Source: Selaginella moellendorffii (lineage: Eukaryota; Plantae; Lycopodiophyta). Taken from it: a stretch of DNA of 64,000 nucleotides. Within the stretch, counting starts at the first letter, position 1; each line of letters opens with the position of its first letter. A program made the translations under genes and the position numbers. The DNA lies in assembly GCF_000143415.4 (NCBI RefSeq), contig NW_003314264.1:1869710-1933709 (forward strand). The letters are read 5' to 3'. The notes under the pieces were generated by a model, which saw only the letters and a program-made list of their open reading frames with translations, ran no database searches and was not told where the DNA came from. Positions 9,401 through 21,647 of this stretch are shown here, piece by piece.

Positions 9401-11752
9401 TTATGGCGTGTGTGCTCATGCCATTCATTGCAGATCAAGGGCTGAGTGAAAGCAGGCAGTCACCACCTCATGACTCAGATTCCTATGGCGGACTCCCCTT
9501 CCCCAATCTCAATGGAGAGGTACAATGGATGAGGGAAGCTTTTCAAGGCAGGGCCACGTTTTTCTCATCTCGTCGTCTTCGAAGGGTGCAAGAACGTGCA
9601 GAAACCATGTTAAGACAGTCGGGTGAGGATACGGTCCTAGGTCACGCACTAAAACAGGCTATGGATGTCTTGTATTTTGAGATGGAGACTCGGCCAGATG
9701 ATTTTCCCAAGATGGTCCTGGAAGAACAAGCCATCCAGCCTGAGCAGCCTATGGAAGAAATGCAGGAGGGGGATGAGGAGCCAGAGAAAGATAATGAGCA
9801 GGAAGAGCAGAAGGACGAAGAGGAGGACAAAGAAGAGGAGGACGAAGAAGAGGAGGACGAAGAGGACTTGGATGGTCCTCACAGTGGTGACGATCACAAT
9901 AACGACGACGACGATGATGACGACGATGGCCAGCCTGAGGTGGCCAAAGAGCGGCGGAGGAAGGTCATACAAGACAAACCATCAGGTAAATAATAATACA
10001 TCCATTCCTAACCTTTTACCATTTCTAACATTGTCCATGTAGGTCGCAGAGCAAATGGTAAGTAGAGATTATTCAGTTGAATTTACAAACTCTAGCCTTT
10101 AGTGTCGAGGAAGGATAGTGCCAAGCAAGGGTCGAAACGTATGTCCAATCCTTCAGAATCAGCAGTGCGCTCAAGTGATATCGGTCCTAGTTCCTCAATA
10201 GCAGTTGATGGTAAATACAGTATAGTCGATTCAATGTGCTAATGAGTTTGTTTTTAGTAGCACGGGAGGATACCATCTCAATCGAAGGGAGATATTTGGA
10301 CATGCATATGGATCCGCCAGTGGACTCTACTTGGCTGCAAGAGTCATCAGAGCTGGTGGAGGCTACTATCCATATCAACGCCAAGCAAGCTGACCACGCT
10401 CCACTTGATGCTGCCCATACCACTGAGTCAATCTTGTCCACGTATCCAACTGACGGTGACCAGGCGCCATTGGACCCACATGAGGCCGCCCCAGCCGCCG
10501 AGCCGGTTGTATCCTCATTTCCAACGGACTCAACGTGTGCCCAATCGTCTGACTACGCGCCGTTGGAACCTCCCTACACCGCCCCTGCTGCCTGTTCGGT
10601 CATGTCCACTTTGCCAACGGAGGCACCAGCTGAAATGGCGTGTGATCACACGCCATCGGAACCACCCCATGCCACTGTTGAGCCAGTTGTACCAGAGTCT
10701 ACAGCTGAAATGGCATGTGCCCACACGCCATCGGATGCGATTGACCCCACATTGCAGAGGAGAGTATTTCCGCCCTTCACGTTTCCTCGACCAAAACCCT
10801 CTCAACGACCATCGGGAGCAACATTCACTAATATTGTAGATGGTAAAATTGACTTGTACCATTTTTTATGCTGACGCATTTTATTTCAGAGTTACGGCGA
10901 AGGTACTGTATCGTTTTTGATCTGAACGGTGTCCTTTTCTCCCATGAGCGTGGCTCGTCCTCGAATGTCATTGCACCCTCCAAAGCCTGCGGTCGCAAGT
11001 TGGTCAAAAGAGACAGATTCACATTAATCACACGGGAGAAACTGCGGGATCTAATAATGACCATGCGACACTTAAAACAGAGGGCCGGGTTCAATTTGCA
11101 ATTGGGAGTTTGGACATCCATGATGCGCCACAATGCATTAATGTTGCTACAGATGATGCACGATCAGACGCGAGTAATATTACCATTTGACTTTCTCCTA
11201 ACGCAGGAGGATTGCTTGACTATGGTCCATGTGAGGGGTAGCAAGCCCATCTTCGTCAAGCCAGAGGCTGTAGTGATGAACCGGACTGCTAGCTCAAGTG
11301 AAATCCTCATCATCGATGACTCGCCGATTAAAACTGCAGCGAACACGCACACATATGCAGTGCACCCCATCTCTTGCAGTATGGAAACTAGGGAGAAGAA
11401 ACCGTATGTTCTGGGGGACCTTGCAAAACGGCTTGGAGCGATGGTGATAGAGAACCGGCCAGTCCAGGAGGTGGCTGCAGAAATCAACCAAATGGCAGAT
11501 GGAACGGTATATCAGAAGCCATTTGATCGGACAGACACCAGTCATCATTTATGGCATGTATATTGTCTAGCCAAGCACTATCCGCATCTCCATAATCTGC
11601 TCAACCGGATGGGTTCTTCGACCACTGAACATGAGCGTGGACGTATTAGAGAAGAGATGGCATTACTATTGGGTTTAAATCCTGATAGTGTGGAGAGTGA
11701 TGAAATTCCAAGATTATTGTATAGGCGTTGGAGGCAAAAAATAACAGTCTGA
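6453..11752 (+). pseudogene. Multi-exon element gene: ParB-like domain, degenerate DNA amino-methyltransferase-like region, acidic linker, FCP1/NIF-type HAD phosphatase domain; one in-frame TAG at 6852-6854
   Basis: ORFs 6351-6854 and 6861-8945 are the same frame. GT-AG introns at 7551-7604, 8929-8978, 9066-9121 (or -9103), 9194-9242, 9387-9433, ~9986-10042, ~10058-10102, ~10211-10257 and ~10843-10889 join the downstream ORFs in frame. Motifs: HRLVSDEWVEKLKQKM...FYAVSGQHSSLAM (ParB/Srx-like); CIVFDLNGVL, GVWTS, ILIIDDSPIK (FCP1-like). Start codon uncertain. Confidence 0.75.
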
Positions 11753-12139
11753 GATGGCATGTATTTATTTAAAAATGTAACTTATTATGGCATGGGGTTC
11801 CATGCCATTGTATTAATATTAAAAGACAATTCTTTGAGAGGATTTGCATTATACTAGAAGTGTTACAGCATGTTATTGGAAGTCTACGAAGTTGTTTTAT
11901 TAATAATGGGAAAGTAAAGATTGAATGGGGACTTGGGCTCCACCTAGACTCGGAGCAACTGAGCCAATATTAAAAGGATGGAAAGAAATTAGACGACGAT
12001 GACAAGGAGAAGAGAGAGGTGAAGCAGTGGCAGGGGGAGAAGAAGTGATTGAGTAGACATTTCCTTGTTTAAAATAAAATGGCATGTGCCTCAATGCAGT
12101 TGAATTTTGTTATATTTATATACTATATAAAGGTTTGGA

Positions 12140-15100
12140 AACCTTATTTTACAAGTGGGATAATGACAATTCCCACTTTAACGAAATAGAGCTTTGAGTA
12201 TAACTTTGTTACGCTTGGCTTTTGGATTGATGCAGAAATGCTCTTCATTAGCTTTGGCATTATGGAGTTTGGCTTATAGATGTGTTGAAAAAGACATTGT
12301 GGGTTGCACCATGATTTCTTCTTTAGCATTGAAGTTAGTTTCTATGAGATTCATGATCATTAGTAGGAAAGACTTAGCTATAGGCTTCTTCGAGCTTTTG
12401 GTTCCTTGAGTTTTGTGCTCATTGTTCCATTTGTTAAAAGTTGTTAGGGGAAAGCATTTTTGGCTCTTTAACTTCGATGTTGAAGTTAGTGTTTGCATCT
12501 GGCAATCATTGGTGATGATTGACTATCATCTTGGATAGTTGATTATCCTTGTCAAGAGTTTTGCTTGATTATTGTTGTTGATATAAACTGAGTTGCTGTT
12601 CTTCAGGATGGTAGATTCTTTCTTCAACAATGATTATGCATCTCTTTATTGATGGATGATTGATGATCTTTCATGATGGTTAGTTATTCTCTTTGATGGC
12701 TTATGGCTTTTCGCATTATCACATGTTCTTTGTGGTTTGCCTTGGATTGGTCTATTGGGTTTAAGACATCAATAGGATATTGCAGATGCTTGCTTGAGCA
12801 ACTCTAGTTCCTTAGTATTGTTGACTGAGATCTATTCAAATTGGCTAGTGCAATGGTTGATATGAACAAGTGTTTGTTTTCTTTGCAACATTCATTTTGT
12901 TTAGTTGATTATTGCTTGAGTTAGTCTTATAGATTCGGATGATATGGCCTTCGGGTGATACATTCGCGAGCATTGTGTTTGTTAGTTAATGATACTTTGT
13001 GTTCTTTGAGTTGTGTTTTGTGAGTTGTTTAGCATGCTATCTGCCATTTTTGATAGTTAAGTTTCATCATTGAGTTTCCTTAATGATCTACTTGCTATTG
13101 AATTTTGTTGAATGGTGATTCCTATGTTTACCACTTATGATGATCTTGATGGTTCCTATACTCAACTACTAGTTTATCGGATGATAACTTACTTGGAATA
13201 CTTTTGTGTTCTCATCTAAGCTTTATTCACTGATAATTAAATCTCTAAGATATCATTGTCTATGACATTGATATTGTCCATCTATTGATCTTTGAGTTTG
13301 GGCTAGTTTAGGCAAACTGGCTTCGGCACTTCATGTGCATATTGAAATCTCTAGTCATGGGGTAGCTACTGTCGACTGGTCACATCACCCGCCTCTCTGT
13401 CGATGTTCCTTATTCCTTTCAAAGGGCGTGACCGTGTAAACAACTCTAACTGCCTGTTTACAGTAGTCTATCTAAACCTTACCGACGGGTTTGGTTTCTT
13501 TGCTCAGGAGGGTTGGGGCCTCTGGCTTCTCTCTCTATGTCTCTGCGGGCAGGGGCGTATCACACTTTTGTAGCTGGGTGACACCCAGAGCAGCAAGGGT
13601 GGCTGACTCTGTTGGTCATTTCCTTGTTGGCGACGGTCGGAAGGTGTCTGAGCTAGTAGCGCATCTGTGTTAAACAAAGAGGTTGCCTCCTAACTCATTT
13701 AAGTTGGTGCATTTCTCACATAGTGTGAGTACCATAAACTTTTTCTGGAGTTGTTTCCTTGGCGGTATTCTAGACTCGAGTATGCATCGACGAGGACGTC
13801 GATCTTTCCCAAGGGGGGGAAAGTGTCGCAAATGTGACTTCGAGTATCGAAAGTTACCTGTCGACCAGTCCTTACGGACACTCTTTCCTTACTACCACGA
13901 TGGCAGAAGGTCGGTATTACTGGACCCTTTGTCAGCCCCTCTTGTTCAAGTGTTAGTAAACTGAACTTTGCATTTGTACTTGGCCAGATGAGCATAAGGA
14001 CGGAATTCCTAAATGTCTATTCAGCCAAGTATACTTGACTTGGCTTTTTAGTTTTCTTTTGCTCTGCATTTGGCATATCTATGGAATGTAGAGATTGGCC
14101 TAAACACAATGGTATTCGTCCCGTGTCCAAATTCGCATTCTAGCGCCATTCCATATTTAGTAAGTTTCGAGCTTGTCCCAGAGACTAACTCCTGATACTA
14201 AGGGCGGCTTAGGGTGAAAGCCCAAAACATGTGTTCCTCAAGGGGGGGGGGGAGGGGTATAGGGGGTTCCAAAGGTATAGTAGGGATAGTGGGTAGGTCG
14301 GGCATGGCCAACCAACCTGAGGCATAGTCTAGCTCCCTCTTGCGTGCCTGTCCTTGTTTTGCATCTGGCTTAGGTCTAAGCCCAAGCTCCATTAGCTGGT
14401 GGAGTACCCATATCCTCACGTTAGGCCACTAGTATGCCGAAATAGCACCAAACTTCGTTTGGCTCTATTTTGCATGTTGGTCCTGGCATTAGGATGCTGG
14501 TTGCTTCAAGACTGTTCCAAGTCGCTCCGGGCTCCTGTCCCTTCACTCATTGGGCTGTATGCTTAAGAGTTGCTCTGTGGTCCGGTTCCATCACTCCTTG
14601 GCTCCACGCTTGGGAGTTTAGCACCATTCCTTCGTTTAGTGGCCGAAGGCCCTGAACCTCAGGTTTCACACCACATTCCTTTGGACACGTGGCATAAAGG
14701 GGGTTTAGGTTCCGCTTTGTGGTGTTATCCTATGGTAAATCACCATAGGATAAAGGGTAAAAACCACGTGCGCTACACTTGTGAAGGAAAATTGAAAAGT
14801 GATTGTTAGTTGTTTTATGACTTGTAAATTTTATTGAAGACTTTTGACATTTGCTTTGCTTGATGATGATTTAGTAGTGATGGGCTTACTTTATTAGATG
14901 GTGTTGTAAAGGATTGTGCCATTATTATTGCATGGTTTTTCTATATTAGTATCTCAATTCCATCTCCAATTATATCATTTGGTTGCGTTTAGTCTATGGT
15001 GTTAGAATATATTGAGTCTTGGATGTAGTGATTGACTCTTTGATGGTGTGTTATTTGTAGTTGAGTATTGTTGAAGGATTAATCTTGGATACTGAGTAAG

Positions 15101-17900
15101 GTATTTTCAACCTTGGTTAGTTTGGTTAGTTTGGTTACTAAAGAGTTTTGAGTGGTGATTTACTTTTGTTTTCTTCTAGCTTTGTTTTAGTATTGATAGC
15201 ATTGAAGTGATGTCTTGACATTGACATTATTAACATTGAGATTAGAGTGAGATGAAATGTTTCCCCATAAAATTGATATTAAGTTTCATTAGTCTCAATG
15301 CAGATAGTGTTGATGATTTGGTTATAGCTTTATATTGTTAGCATTTGTGTATTTACTAGTTAGCAACTATATTAGCTTTTAAATGAGTTGAGTGACAAGT
15401 TTGAGTTAGTTTTGTTTTAGATGAGAATGCTTAGTAGAAGTTAAGCTTTGGTTTTTCCTCTAAAAGTGATTTAGTTATAGATTATGCTAGTTTTATGAGA
15501 GGAAGAATTAGTGATCAATATTAAAGTTATTAGTTCCTTATTGGATTTAAGTTGAGGATATATTAATCATTGATAACTTTTTTTATGCTTATTATAAAGT
15601 GAATTATGTTTAACTATAGATAGATTCATGAGCATAACTTTGTTGTGCTTGGTTTTGGATTGATACAAACATATTATTCATTAGATTTGGTTTTATAAAA
15701 TTTAACTTATGGATGTGTTGAGAAGGATATTATAGGTTGTACCATGATTATACTATAATATTGTATAATGTTCTTAATATTATACCATGATTCTTTTTTG
15801 GCATTGATATTAGTTCATATGAAACTTGTAATCATTGTTGGACAAAACTTAACTATAAACTTTTTTGAGCTTTCAGTTTTTTGAGTTTATACTCATTATT
15901 CTCTTTGTTATGAGCTATTGAGGAAGCGATATTGAAGTTAAATTTTACATTTAGTAATCATTAGTAATGATTGACTATCTTCTAGAATATTTAATTATCC
16001 TTGTCAAAGGTTTTGCTAAACTATTGTTTGTGTTAAATGATTTGCCTTTTTTTGGGATGGTAGATTATTTCTTCGATGATCTCTTTATTAATAGAATGAT
16101 TTATGATCTTTTATGCTGGTTAGTTATTCTTTTTAATAACTTTTTACTTTTGGTATTACTACATATTATTTATGGTTTATTCTAGATTGATCTTTTGAGT
16201 TTGAGATATCAATAGGATGTTGCTAGTGCTTGCTTGAGCAACTATAATTTCTTAATATTGTTGACTAGGATCTATTTGAATTGGCTGATGCAATAGTTAG
16301 TATGAATAAGTGTTTATTGACCCTCGTGACATTCATTATATTCTATTGATTGTTATTCAAGTTGGTTCTATTAGAGTAAGATGTTATTTTCTTCGGGTGA
16401 TACATTCATAAACATTTTTTAACCAGTCAATAATACTTTGTGTTTTTTGAGGTGTGTTTCATTGTTTAGTATGTTATTTAAAATTTTTGGTAATTAAGCT
16501 TTATCATTGAGTTTTCTTGATGATACATTTGTTATTGAATTTTGTTGGATGGTTAACCTATGACTTTAACCTTTAATAATCTTGGTGGTTCTTATAATGC
16601 TAATTTATCATATGATAACTATATTGGAATACTTTTATATTTTAATTTAACATTTATTCACTGATAATTTGGTCTCTAAGATATTATTGTCTTTGACTTT
16701 GATATTGTCCATCTGTTGATCTTTGGGTTTGGGCTAGTATAAGCAGACTAGTTTCAATACTTTGTATATATGGTGAAATCTTTAGTTATGGGGTAGTTAC
16801 TATTGACTAATTACATCACCTGTCTCTCTGTCGATATTCCTTATTCTGTTAAAAAAACATAACTATGTAACAACTCTAATTACTTGTTTACAATAGTTTA
16901 TTTAAACTTTACCGACAGGTTTTGCTCAAGAGGGTTGGGGCCTCTAATGTTTCTCTTTATATCACATGTAGCTAGGGGTATATCATATTTTATAAACTAG
17001 GTGACCCCTAAAGCAATAAGGGTGGTTAACTCCATTAATCATTTCCTTATCGGTAATGGCTGGAAGGTGTCTAAGTTGTAGCACATTTGCATTAGATAGA
17101 GAGGTTACTCCTTAACTCATTTAATTTAGTGCATTTCCCACAAAGTATGAACACCATAAATTTTTCTAAAGTTGTTTATTTGACAATGGTCTAGACTAAA
17201 ATATACATCAATAAGGATGTCAATATTTCCTAAGAAGGGGAGAGTGTCATGAATGTTACTTTGAGGTATCAAAAGTTATTTGTCGACTAGTTCTTTCAAA
17301 TATTATTTCCTTACTTCCACGATGGCATGAGGTTGATTTTGCTAAACCCTTTATCAGTCCCTCTTATACTTGTAGAATTAAATAGGCATTTTGAGTGTAC
17401 TTAGATTGGACGAAGACAAAATTCCTATTAATTAAGTAAATTTAGCCCAGTAAAGAGTTTTTATCTTATTGTGTCTTGCATTGGCTAGTGACAAATCCCT
17501 CAAGACTATATTAAGACTAATCCCTCAATATGGTTAGATGATAGTTTACCATATTTACCAAACACTCTTACTTTCATACTTTTTGTGTTGGTTCCATTCT
17601 AGTGCCATTGGTTATTTATGAAAAGTTTCTAGATCTGTTAATTAGGTATATCTATGGAATGTAGAGACTGTTTTGAACACAATTGTGTTGTTTTTGTTTC
17701 CAGATTCACAATCTAATGTCATTCCATGTTTAATAAGTTTTTATGATTTGAGGAGGGGGGGTTTAGTGGATATTAGGTAGGTCAGTAGGTCGGGCATGGT
17801 TGAGCAATCTAAAGCATAGTGTAATTCTCACTTACGTGCTTATCTTTATTTTGCATCTAACTTGGGTTTAAGCCCAAGCTCCATACCATGCTAGCTAATG
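12140..17900 (-). mobile_element. Two successive decayed copies of an LTR-retrotransposon internal region (gag/protease-like, probably Ty3/gypsy)
   Basis: 12180-14400 aligns by eye with 15630-17890 (e.g. TTCGGGTGATACATTC, CACCYGYCTCTCTGTCGATRTTCCTTATTC). No intact ORFs, AT-shifted. Minus-strand remnants resemble a zinc knuckle and an aspartic protease IDxG motif, but weakly. Confidence 0.55.
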
Positions 17901-19149
17901 AAGTATGTATATCCTTGCATTTCAATCTTTTTTATGAAACTTTTTGCTCCTTATAGCAACCTCTTCCATCTCTTCCCAGTTGCCATAAGAACTTTTTTTC
18001 CACCTATTTTAACCTTAGGAATTTCTTTGTTTGCATCTCTTATACCAGCTTCATTAAATTCAACATCTAAATCCATTTAAGGGAAAATCTCTACATGATT
18101 TTATACTCAATTTTATAATTTAAAAACTTTTTCTTGTTTTAGGAAGGGATATTCAAATGCACTAAACATTTGAGAACCTTGCAAACACTTTATAAATTGC
18201 CCCTCAAACCCTTAAAGACTTCGTGAAAAGGTAACAACATTTCCTTTATAAAAGATATAAAATTATTAATTTGTAAAATACTTGAAGACAGAAAAAGATA
18301 AATAGCTACCTCTATTACCAGCTGTAAATACACACCAAGACTTTGGAAACACAAGTGTACAATCCATGATTTCAAATTATTTTGCAGTGAAAAAAATTTT
18401 GAAGCCCATAAACTACAAAATCACAGTGTTTGAAAATGGCAAAAAGGATCTTGACATAACCCTTTTGGTTTTATTCTATTTTTTTTCTTCAATAAGGAAA
18501 CACTAAGCATTTGTGAGAGTATTATACTATTTTAGTACTTTTTCTTTGTTTCTATCGTAATTTACATTCACCAAGATATATGAAATTACAACTCTTGGAA
18601 TTCTATGAGGAATGTCAAGGGGTAGTATAACTATTTCTCATCTTAATAGGCAATCCTTATGAAACCTAATATTCATATGATAATAAAGATTAATATGAAC
18701 TTTTCAAAATAACTAAATAGTGGAATGTACCCAGCAAAGCTGGGACTTTTACTAGTATTCTTTAAATGGTATATATGTTCCATTAGAATATTCTTTAGTC
18801 AACCGTCTTGGCTCTCCTAACTCCCCATTGATGAAAAGTTTATATTAATTTTAATATGCATAACAAACCTAATATAAAAATGTATATTAGAAATGTTTAG
18901 CATCTTTAGTAGTCTAGGCAAGTCTGCCAATCTGGGATATACTATCATCTGTCAAAAAAGTACAATGAATATTTGAAATGCAATATGAAATATTGGAATG
19001 GAGATATAAATGTTAATATGAATGCTGGCTTTTTTGCAAGTAGAACTTTGCTAGAAAAAACTCTTCTAAAGAAGTTTTGAGCCTGGAGAAGGTAATAAAT
19101 TTACCTCATATAGAAGGTGTGAAAAATACATTTGTACCCTAGGCACTAT

Positions 19150-20345
19150 ATGAAAGATTATCACCCTTTATCCTATAGTGATTTACTATAGGATAACCAT
19201 GAAATGGAACTTAAACCCTATATATGTCATATGTCACATGCCATATGCCCAAGTACAATGGTGCGAAACTTAAGTTTCAGGGCTTTAGACCACTAAATGA
19301 AAAACTAGAGCCAAACTCCCAAACTTATAACTAAAGAGCAAAAGAACTAGAACATGAAATGACTCTTGAGCATTCAACCTAATGAGTGAAGGGGCAAAAG
19401 TATGAAGCAATATAAAAATAATACTAGACCATCCAACTTCCAAATGCCAGGACCAGCATGCAAAATAAAGCCAAACTAAGTTTAGCACTATTTTAGTATA
19501 TTAATGGTTTAATGTGAGGATATAAATACTCCATCAACTAGCATGGTATGGAACTCTGACTTAGACTTAAACCAAATGCAAAACAATAATATAGGTGGGA
19601 GTTAGATTATGCCTCAGATTGGTCAACCATACTTAACTTATCCACTATCCCTACTATACATTTGGAACTCCCTATAGCCCCCTACCCTCTTATGAGAAAT
19701 GCATGCTTTAGGCTTTCACCCTTAGTCACCCTTAGTACTAAGAGTTAGTTTTTGGGATTAACTCAAAACGTACTAAATATGGAATAACATTAGATTGTGA
19801 ATTTGGACACAAAATCAACATTATTGTGTTTAAGACAATTTTTACATTCTGTAAATATGCTAAATTAACAAATCTCTAGAGGGAGTGCTTTATCATCATT
19901 TTTGCACTATGAAGATCCCCCAAAAACCCATGCTTAGAGCAACTAGCAGTCTACACACTTTCCATAAATAACAATTGGGATCAAACATGACTAATATAAG
20001 GTGCATGATAGCAAAGGTGTTTAGCAAACATGGTAAGTATTATCTAATAAATATTAAGGGACTAAGCTCAATATTGTGAGCATTCCTAACACTAACAAGT
20101 GCAAGTCAATGAATGAGTATCTCTAACCAGGTCAAGTATGCTTAACTAATAGCACTTAAGAATTTTGTCCTTATGCTCATCTGATCAAATGCACACATAA
20201 AAACTAGTTTCTCAATTAACTTATGTGGAGATTGATAAAGGGTCCAACAATATCAACCTCCCGACATCGTGGTAGTAAGGAAAGAATATTGGAAATAACT
20301 AACCAACATATAACTTTCAATACTTGCAATCACATTCATGACAAC
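19150..20345 (+). mobile_element. Decayed copy of the same retroelement family, inverted relative to 13830-14790
   Basis: 19640-19860 is the approximate reverse complement of 14065-14295; 19160-19200 matches the small hairpin region at 14725-14760. Confidence 0.7.
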
Positions 20346-21218
20346 CTTAATCTAGATCAACAAACTCCCCATGCCTCAATTAGTGAAATCCCAAAGGGTT
20401 GTTTAGACTCTTTCTTCTTTGTCTCTTTTTCTAAAGAGCTCTTGGTATCATCAAAATATAAACTCATTTTCTTTGGGAAAAAAGTATATGGTCACAGCAG
20501 CTCCTAGGATCATGTTAAATCTAATATTCAAACAATATTCAAGATTGATTCTGTTGTTGAAAGTTCTAAGCAACTATTACTACATAAGACTTACTACTAG
20601 CAAATGTTCTTCAAGTTTATGCTACAATATATGAATTGTCATATGTAAATGCCACTTTATTTTCCAAGCTTTATGAACCTCACACAATTCTAAAACAAGA
20701 ATTGATAACTTGTAATGTCAAATACAGAATAAAAGTCTTAGCTCCCTTTTACAAGCCCCACAAATTGCTTTCTCCAAATTGCTATAGTTGATCTTAGGCT
20801 ATTTCTTGATAATTTTCTTTGTAAAATATTTCAATCATTATTGAGTAACCCTCTCACAAAGTATGTTAGTGTCATGGACCCTTCCCTTGCCAAAACAATC
20901 TCTTTTTGCTTTAAAGGAAAAGAAGAGGTAAACTCTTATTAATTAGTGGAAGTTCTAGATAGGATTGAGTTTCTCCCACATGGAGCTGCAAGAGATTCAA
21001 TTTCACTCTCTACCACCTCCCACACTATTATACTCTCTTGGAGAGAAATGATTGTGCCAAACCATCTAGGACATCTTGAGGGGGTAGTTTAAGAAAAGTA
21101 GATATGCCATTATTGAGAATTTAAAAAGTTAAATTCTTAGTTGATGGGATAATTATATAGGGGAATATGCTCATCCAGTATAAAACTTGGGTTATAAATT
21201 ACATAATTTCACCATAGA

Positions 21219-21239
21219 ATATATATATATATATATATA
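21219..21239. repeat. (AT)n microsatellite
   Basis: About ten AT units read directly. Confidence 0.9.
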
Positions 21240-21647
21240 CTTTTTTCTTACCTCACTGCAATGCCCTCTCAACTCAAAATCGCAAATGAAATAGCCCTTA
21301 CACACCTTGTGACACCATGTACAGCAGCCAGGTAGTTGAGCTGACTGACAGTAGTTATTGAATCTAACAGCCCCGCCAACAAATTGCCATTGATGAATTA
21401 ATAATCAATCAATCAACACAATTGATCAATCTATAGCTTATCACACTTGCTTGTAGTGAGCAACTTCATCATCATACAACAAAGAAGAGATAAAGGGTCG
21501 GCACTCTTAAGTTTCTACTCCATCTATAAAGCTTCAAAAAACATCAAGGAACCCTAAAAACCAAGATCCCTACAAGCACATTAATAATTTAATTTTTTTT
21601 TAATAACTATCAATTAAATATAAAGCCTTCATGTAATTTTAATGATT

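Larger units (their letters stand above)
293..12100. mobile_element. Large DNA-transposon-like element with two divergent genes and dispersed 22-bp palindromes; true termini not identified
   Basis: Transposase-like gene on the minus strand (367-3505) and accessory gene on the plus strand (~6453-11752). The palindrome ATGGCRTG-N6-CAYGCCAT occurs from 293 to ~12100 and I saw no full copy elsewhere in the window. Boundaries are the outermost palindromes; no TIR or TSD was found. Confidence 0.75.

Noticed and set aside
293-12100. Palindromic 22-mers as a CRISPR array
   Set aside because: Spacing is irregular (50 bp to about 1.8 kb), copies lie in introns and exons of eukaryotic genes, and there are no cas genes.
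240-12140. Terminal inverted repeats or TSD for the large element
   Set aside because: No convincing match between the left and right flanks by eye; the ends appear eroded or interrupted by other TE remnants.
17322-17332. ATGGCATGAGG as another element palindrome
   Set aside because: Half-site only; it is a mutated version of retroelement sequence seen at ~13900 (ATGGCAGAAGG).
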